In this document: positions 35,845-39,390 of the stretch, piece by piece
Position numbering within the stretch: position 1 is the stretch's first letter
Layout of the letters: the number at the start of each line of letters is the position of its first letter
Source: a virus
Taxonomy: Duplodnaviria > Caudoviricetes
Length of the DNA stretch: 39,390 nucleotides
Reading direction: 5' to 3' (one strand)
Virus record (IMG/VR): IMGVR_UViG_3300020045_006008
Span: 1 to 39,390 of that record
Translations under genes and position numbers: made by a program
The notes under the pieces: model-generated
The model's database searches: none
Told to the model about the DNA's origin: nothing
Seen by the model: only the letters and a program-made list of their open reading frames with translations

Positions 35845-36074
35845 TTCTGTCCTTTCTTTTGTAATAGGTTAGGGTGTTTGAAAAATATCTGTCCGTCAAA
35901 TGTCAGATGTTCTTCATCATTAGGGCAATTTTCTCTTTCGCACTCACCTCTAATATCAATCGTTGATACATATTCACCTTTGCCGAATAAACCTTTGTTA
36001 ACCCCATTGTAATAAAATACAATGACTTGCTTATTTAATGGTCTACGCTCTCTGCTTGTTGCTTTAGAGGTCAT
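35841..36074 (-). CDS. Hypothetical protein
   Basis: ATGA overlaps. Confidence 0.6.
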   Translation of the reverse strand: MTSKATSRERRPLNKQVIVFYYNGVNKGLFGKGEYVSTIDIRGECERENCPNDEEHLTFDGQIFFKHPNLLQKKGQK

Positions 36075-36340
36075 AGAGACTCATCCTTAATGTTTTGAGT
36101 TACTAGATAAGTGCGACCACCTGAATTGCGGACATCTATCGGTTCAGGCATTGGGCTGTAAGGACCATACGTTTCGCTAGGTAAATGGTATAAATCGCCT
36201 TTCTTTATCTCACCCCAGCACTCTACTGGTATATGCTTGCCATTTTTCTTGACGTTTTTAGCGTATGTGGTTATTAGTTCTCTGAGTATCCCAACATCTG
36301 TCGGCATTGTTTCCAATATCTGATTATCTCTTGCTTTCAT
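36071..36340 (-). CDS. Hypothetical protein
   Basis: Start re-called at 36340 from the ATGA overlap. Confidence 0.6.
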   Translation of the reverse strand: MKARDNQILETMPTDVGILRELITTYAKNVKKNGKHIPVECWGEIKKGDLYHLPSETYGPYSPMPEPIDVRNSGGRTYLVTQNIKDESL

Positions 36341-36510
36341 TTGATACCACCTGGCCATAAGTCATCTATGAGCATATTGACTGCCCACCTGTCTGAAACC
36401 TTTTTGCTAGTGTTAGCAAATTGGTTTAGTGCCTCTATTAAGATAGCCTCGCCATCAGCGACTGACTCTGCCTTTTGGATGCGCTCTGCTGTATCGTATG
36501 TGTCTAGCAT
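36337..36510 (-). CDS. Hypothetical protein (57 aa, not in ORF track)
   Basis: MLDTYDTAERIQKA...WPGGIK; GAGGA SD. Confidence 0.65.
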   Translation of the reverse strand: MLDTYDTAERIQKAESVADGEAILIEALNQFANTSKKVSDRWAVNMLIDDLWPGGIK

Positions 36511-36513
36511 AAT

Positions 36514-36693
36514 TTATCCTCTCCTTTTGTTATTGCCGTTCTTAATCTCCAGCCCGATAACTAATAGTAGAATACCAATACCCACCCAAAAATTATTTAC
36601 CAGTACGATAATCAATCCAAGGGAGCGAAATGACCACGCTATCGTGTCCACAATCATGTATATCCTCTCAAACTTTCTCTCGGTTTCTTTCAC
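36514..36693 (-). CDS. Small membrane protein (59 aa, not in ORF track)
   Basis: GTG start with AAAGGAGG SD; hydrophobic segments. Confidence 0.65.
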   Translation of the reverse strand: MKETERKFERIYMIVDTIAWSFRSLGLIIVLVNNFWVGIGILLLVIGLEIKNGNNKRRG

Positions 36694-36817
36694 TTTATCC
36701 TCCTTTAGTTATTCGTATCCATATTTGGTGCTAGTAGCAAGACGTTAGACATCCCCTAACGAGTATGGTGGCTACCTTGAACTACTAGCACCGAGTATAG
36801 ATACGAATTGTTAATGT

Positions 36818-37069
36818 TCACCACCATGAGTGTTGTAACCAAAATGCTTTTGCATTTGTCCATGAGCCATATCTGGCAAGCATATAATTTGTAAAGAATA
36901 TATCCTGGCAATTATAATCGCTTAACTCGCATGGCATCTTGCTACATGGTAACGCTTGCCCTAGCCCACAAGCTCCACTACTAGGATTTATAGCATATTG
37001 ATTGTTGCTACTTTCTTTGTAGTATATAAATGCCTTTGCTTCCGCCTCGCTGACGGCTTCAAATGCCAC
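36818..37069 (-). CDS. Lysozyme-fold transglycosylase-like domain (aggregation-promoting factor C-terminal / SLT-like); frame open up to 37192
   Basis: KESSNNQYAINPSSGACGLGQ...YMLARYGSWTNAKAFWLQHSWW. Confidence 0.75.
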   Translation of the reverse strand: MAFEAVSEAEAKAFIYYKESSNNQYAINPSSGACGLGQALPCSKMPCELSDYNCQDIFFTNYMLARYGSWTNAKAFWLQHSWW

Positions 37070-37134
37070 TGTGGCTGTTTCTGGGGCTTGCTGTGGGGCT
37101 TCTGGCTGTAAAGGTGCTACTTCTATTGTCTGAG

Positions 37135-37371
37135 CTATTGCTTGGCTTCTAGCTCTTTGGTAAAAGACGATACTTGATTGACAACTTCCTTTTTAATGGT
37201 TGCGTCAAAATCGCTTCTTATTGTCCAGCCAAATGCTAGACCAGTTGTCATGATCGCTACTGTGAATATAATTGCCCAGGGCAAAACTTTCCAAAATACC
37301 TCTTTCTTGGTAAACATTTTAACTGTACTTTTATATTCAAATACTTCTTTTGGTGCTTTTTCTTTACTCAT
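37135..37371 (-). CDS. Membrane-anchored protein; possible N-terminal half of a frameshift fusion
   Basis: TM VLPWAIIFTVAIMTTGLAFGW; AAGGA SD. Confidence 0.7.
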   Translation of the reverse strand: MSKEKAPKEVFEYKSTVKMFTKKEVFWKVLPWAIIFTVAIMTTGLAFGWTIRSDFDATIKKEVVNQVSSFTKELEAKQ

Positions 37372-37522
37372 ATTGTTCCTTTTGGCTTTACGCCGTTAGT
37401 TTTGTTTGTTTTACTTTTCAAGCTGTGAGTTGTGGGCTTATTCGCTAGTTAGTCATTGCCCTGGACTGTTCTTATCGTAACTCTTTGCTTGATGAACCCC
37501 TTCGTTATTGATTCATGAGTTC

Positions 37523-37551
37523 AGTATAGCAGACGCTTACGTTTATGTCAA
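37523..37551 (-). promoter_or_regulatory. Early promoter with operator AAACGTAAGCG (37534-37544)
   Basis: TTGACA-17-TATACT. Confidence 0.8.
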
Positions 37552-37886
37552 GCACCTTTTATGTAATCAACCCACTCTTGGTAAGGTCTTTTTATCACTA
37601 GATTGCGTTTAACAGATATACTGTCGTATCGATCTGGGTAGTGTTTAATAAACCAGTCACTAAACCATAATGGGTCTTGGTGAGCAGACTGATTTTTGAA
37701 CGTATGGCAACCGGAGCATAAAACTATTCCGTTATCTAAATCCCAGCGTAGACTATGATTCCTACGGCCTATCACATGATGAGCATTTGGGGTTGATAAT
37801 GCACCACATACTTGGCACTTTACATCTCGTGCGTGAATAGCAGCACTCCATAGCTTGTCTAGTTTCTTTATGTCGCTAGTCTTCAT
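37548..37886 (-). CDS. NinG/HNH-like nuclease
   Basis: LDKLWSAAIHARD..CQVCG..AHHVIGR..LRWDLDNGIVLCSGCH. Confidence 0.8.
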   Translation of the reverse strand: MKTSDIKKLDKLWSAAIHARDVKCQVCGALSTPNAHHVIGRRNHSLRWDLDNGIVLCSGCHTFKNQSAHQDPLWFSDWFIKHYPDRYDSISVKRNLVIKRPYQEWVDYIKGA

Positions 37887-37985
37887 TGATCCAGCTTCGC
37901 CACAAATCTTCGGCAGTCATATTTTTACGGCCCACACGCCTTAAGGTATGAATCCATTTATCTAGGAGTGCTGCGTCAATATCCA

Positions 37986-38372
37986 TTATTTTGTCTCCTC
38001 TAATTTACGGACTTCTTCCAAAATCCTAGCTTTATAAACTTGCTGTTGTTTCCTATAAAATACGTTCCAAGCGTCTTTATCTGCACCATTGCCACCTTTT
38101 GCCTTATAAAGTACCCACAATGCGTCCCTGATTTGTGTAGCTTGCGATTTTGCAATATCGGTCTCGACATCTTCTTGCGGTATATCTTCGTTAGTAAAGG
38201 CATTACGTCTAAATAATAGATTTCCAGATTGCTGATGGAATGTGTCTATTACACTAAAATCTTCATTACTAATTTCTAGTAGACTTGTGAACTTTAGACT
38301 CACACTACGATCCTTTTTGCGGTTGTATCCGTCTAACGTGCAAGGTATTGTAATAATTTTGTCGTCGTCCAT
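37986..38372 (-). CDS. Hypothetical phage protein of the recombination module
   Basis: Intact ORF between YqaJ and the NinG-like gene. Confidence 0.7.
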   Translation of the reverse strand: MDDDKIITIPCTLDGYNRKKDRSVSLKFTSLLEISNEDFSVIDTFHQQSGNLLFRRNAFTNEDIPQEDVETDIAKSQATQIRDALWVLYKAKGGNGADKDAWNVFYRKQQQVYKARILEEVRKLEETK

Positions 38373-38373
38373 A

Positions 38374-38979
38374 TTACCACGCCAACTCTTCTACCCAAGC
38401 GTCTATAAATAGTTGGGTTTTGTCTTCATATTCTCGGTAAAACTTTATGTCTTTTTCAATGTCGGTTCGGTTTATTGGGAATATATGAATCGGGTGACTG
38501 ATTATTCTTGGGTCATACATTACGAAATAAAGCACGTCTAACTCGTCGCAGGCGATAAAAGGCTGGATAGTTTGCTCTTTGTACTCGTCAGGTATTTTAT
38601 TCTCAATGATTGACTGAATATGAATAGCTGAACGTAGGCACTTAATCTCTGCACCAATTTTTAAGTCTTTAGTGTAGGCATCAGGCGACCAGGCGATATT
38701 GGGGTTATCTTCCCGGCTAATAATTACTAGGTCAGTTATAAACTCTAGTCCTGTGTTCTCTGATAGCTTTTCTACTGCTTCGGTTTCTAGTCGATGGCCA
38801 CGTTCCATCGGGTCTTCGTTATCATCAACAGCCAGACGGTCTGCAATTAGTTGGTAGACACCAATCTTAGTACCGTTGCCACGTTTAGTAACAATGTCTT
38901 TTAATTTAGTGCCGGTGATTTTAGCCTTACGATACTCTAACCAGTCTGTCTCATTTTCAAACTTTGTAATTTTAGTCAT
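38374..38979 (-). CDS. YqaJ / lambda-exonuclease family protein
   Basis: WLEYRKAKITGT, MERGHRLE, SPDA, AEIKC, FVMYDPR. Confidence 0.9.
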   Translation of the reverse strand: MTKITKFENETDWLEYRKAKITGTKLKDIVTKRGNGTKIGVYQLIADRLAVDDNEDPMERGHRLETEAVEKLSENTGLEFITDLVIISREDNPNIAWSPDAYTKDLKIGAEIKCLRSAIHIQSIIENKIPDEYKEQTIQPFIACDELDVLYFVMYDPRIISHPIHIFPINRTDIEKDIKFYREYEDKTQLFIDAWVEELAW

Positions 38980-39390
38980 CATTTGCTCGCTTTCTGTAAC
39001 TCTATCTTTTTAATATCTTTGGTTGTTACAACTTTTGGGTTGGCCATTAAGTTACCTAATCCCATAAACACAGTTTTGAGTTGATCTAAATTGTCGCAGT
39101 CGTTTAATAGGGCGATTGCTTCGTCTAGTTTCTGTTCTTTGTATTCGTTGAACTCGTCCATTTCTTCGGTGGTTGCAACTTCGCCATTATTTAAGTAGCC
39201 GAGTTTTGCTAATGCTCTACCCATCGAAATAGTCTCTAATTTCTCATAAGATTTTGGCTGAGATAACTCAGATTTTGTATAAGTAGCGTGTCCGTCTGCA
39301 TCTGCTGAATATTCATCAGCTTTATCTTTTATAATAAAAGTCACAAACTCTATTGAGCCGTCATCAAAACGAGTTGATTTGCTTTTGATA
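38979..39390 (-). CDS. C-terminal part of the putative SSAP (continues from 255-1)
   Basis: YEKLETISMGRALAKLG...VATTEEM motif; in frame across the terminal overlap. Confidence 0.65.
   Translation of the reverse strand, partial: IKSKSTRFDDGSIEFVTFIIKDKADEYSADADGHATYTKSELSQPKSYEKLETISMGRALAKLGYLNNGEVATTEEMDEFNEYKEQKLDEAIALLNDCDNLDQLKTVFMGLGNLMANPKVVTTKDIKKIELQKASK
39270..39390. repeat. Terminal direct repeat, copy 2
   Basis: Identical to 1-121. Confidence 0.97.

Noticed and set aside
1-39390. Stop-codon reassignment (code 25 or 15)
   Set aside because: Long genes are intact in code 11, and TGA/TAG act as stops, many in ATGA overlaps

Overview
Apparently complete, circularly assembled genome of a small tailed phage. 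Bases 1-121 are identical to 39270-39390, giving a unit length of about 39,269 bp. The minus strand carries a podovirus-type morphogenesis block: small terminase, GpA-type large terminase, a Com-like zinc finger, portal, scaffold, major capsid, decoration proteins, fibres including an SGNH-esterase/C1q spike, adaptor, nozzle and putative ejection proteins. It also carries a lysis cassette (Amidase_3 endolysin plus holin) and an early region (SSAP plus YqaJ exonuclease, NinG-like nuclease, many small ORFs). A plus-strand GroES-like/GroEL operon sits between the structural and lysis genes. I could not recognise any polymerase, primase, helicase, replication initiator, integrase or CI-type repressor. 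Instead the intergenic DNA is rich in candidate RNA-level controls. (1) Six late promoters each begin exactly 6 nt after the -10 box with a conserved AGAGGA-hairpin-U-tract leader showing compensatory changes, with a Com-like zinc-finger gene next to the first copy. (2) A ~400-nt structured non-coding locus has a convergent ~50-nt antisense RNA and possible decoy sRNAs, making it a candidate RNA-controlled origin or switch. (3) The chaperonin operon has a terminator/antiterminator leader. (4) Three early promoters share an 11-bp operator. Tentative host, by inference only: a monoderm CPR bacterium such as Saccharibacteria. All product calls come from motif recognition by eye, not database searches.
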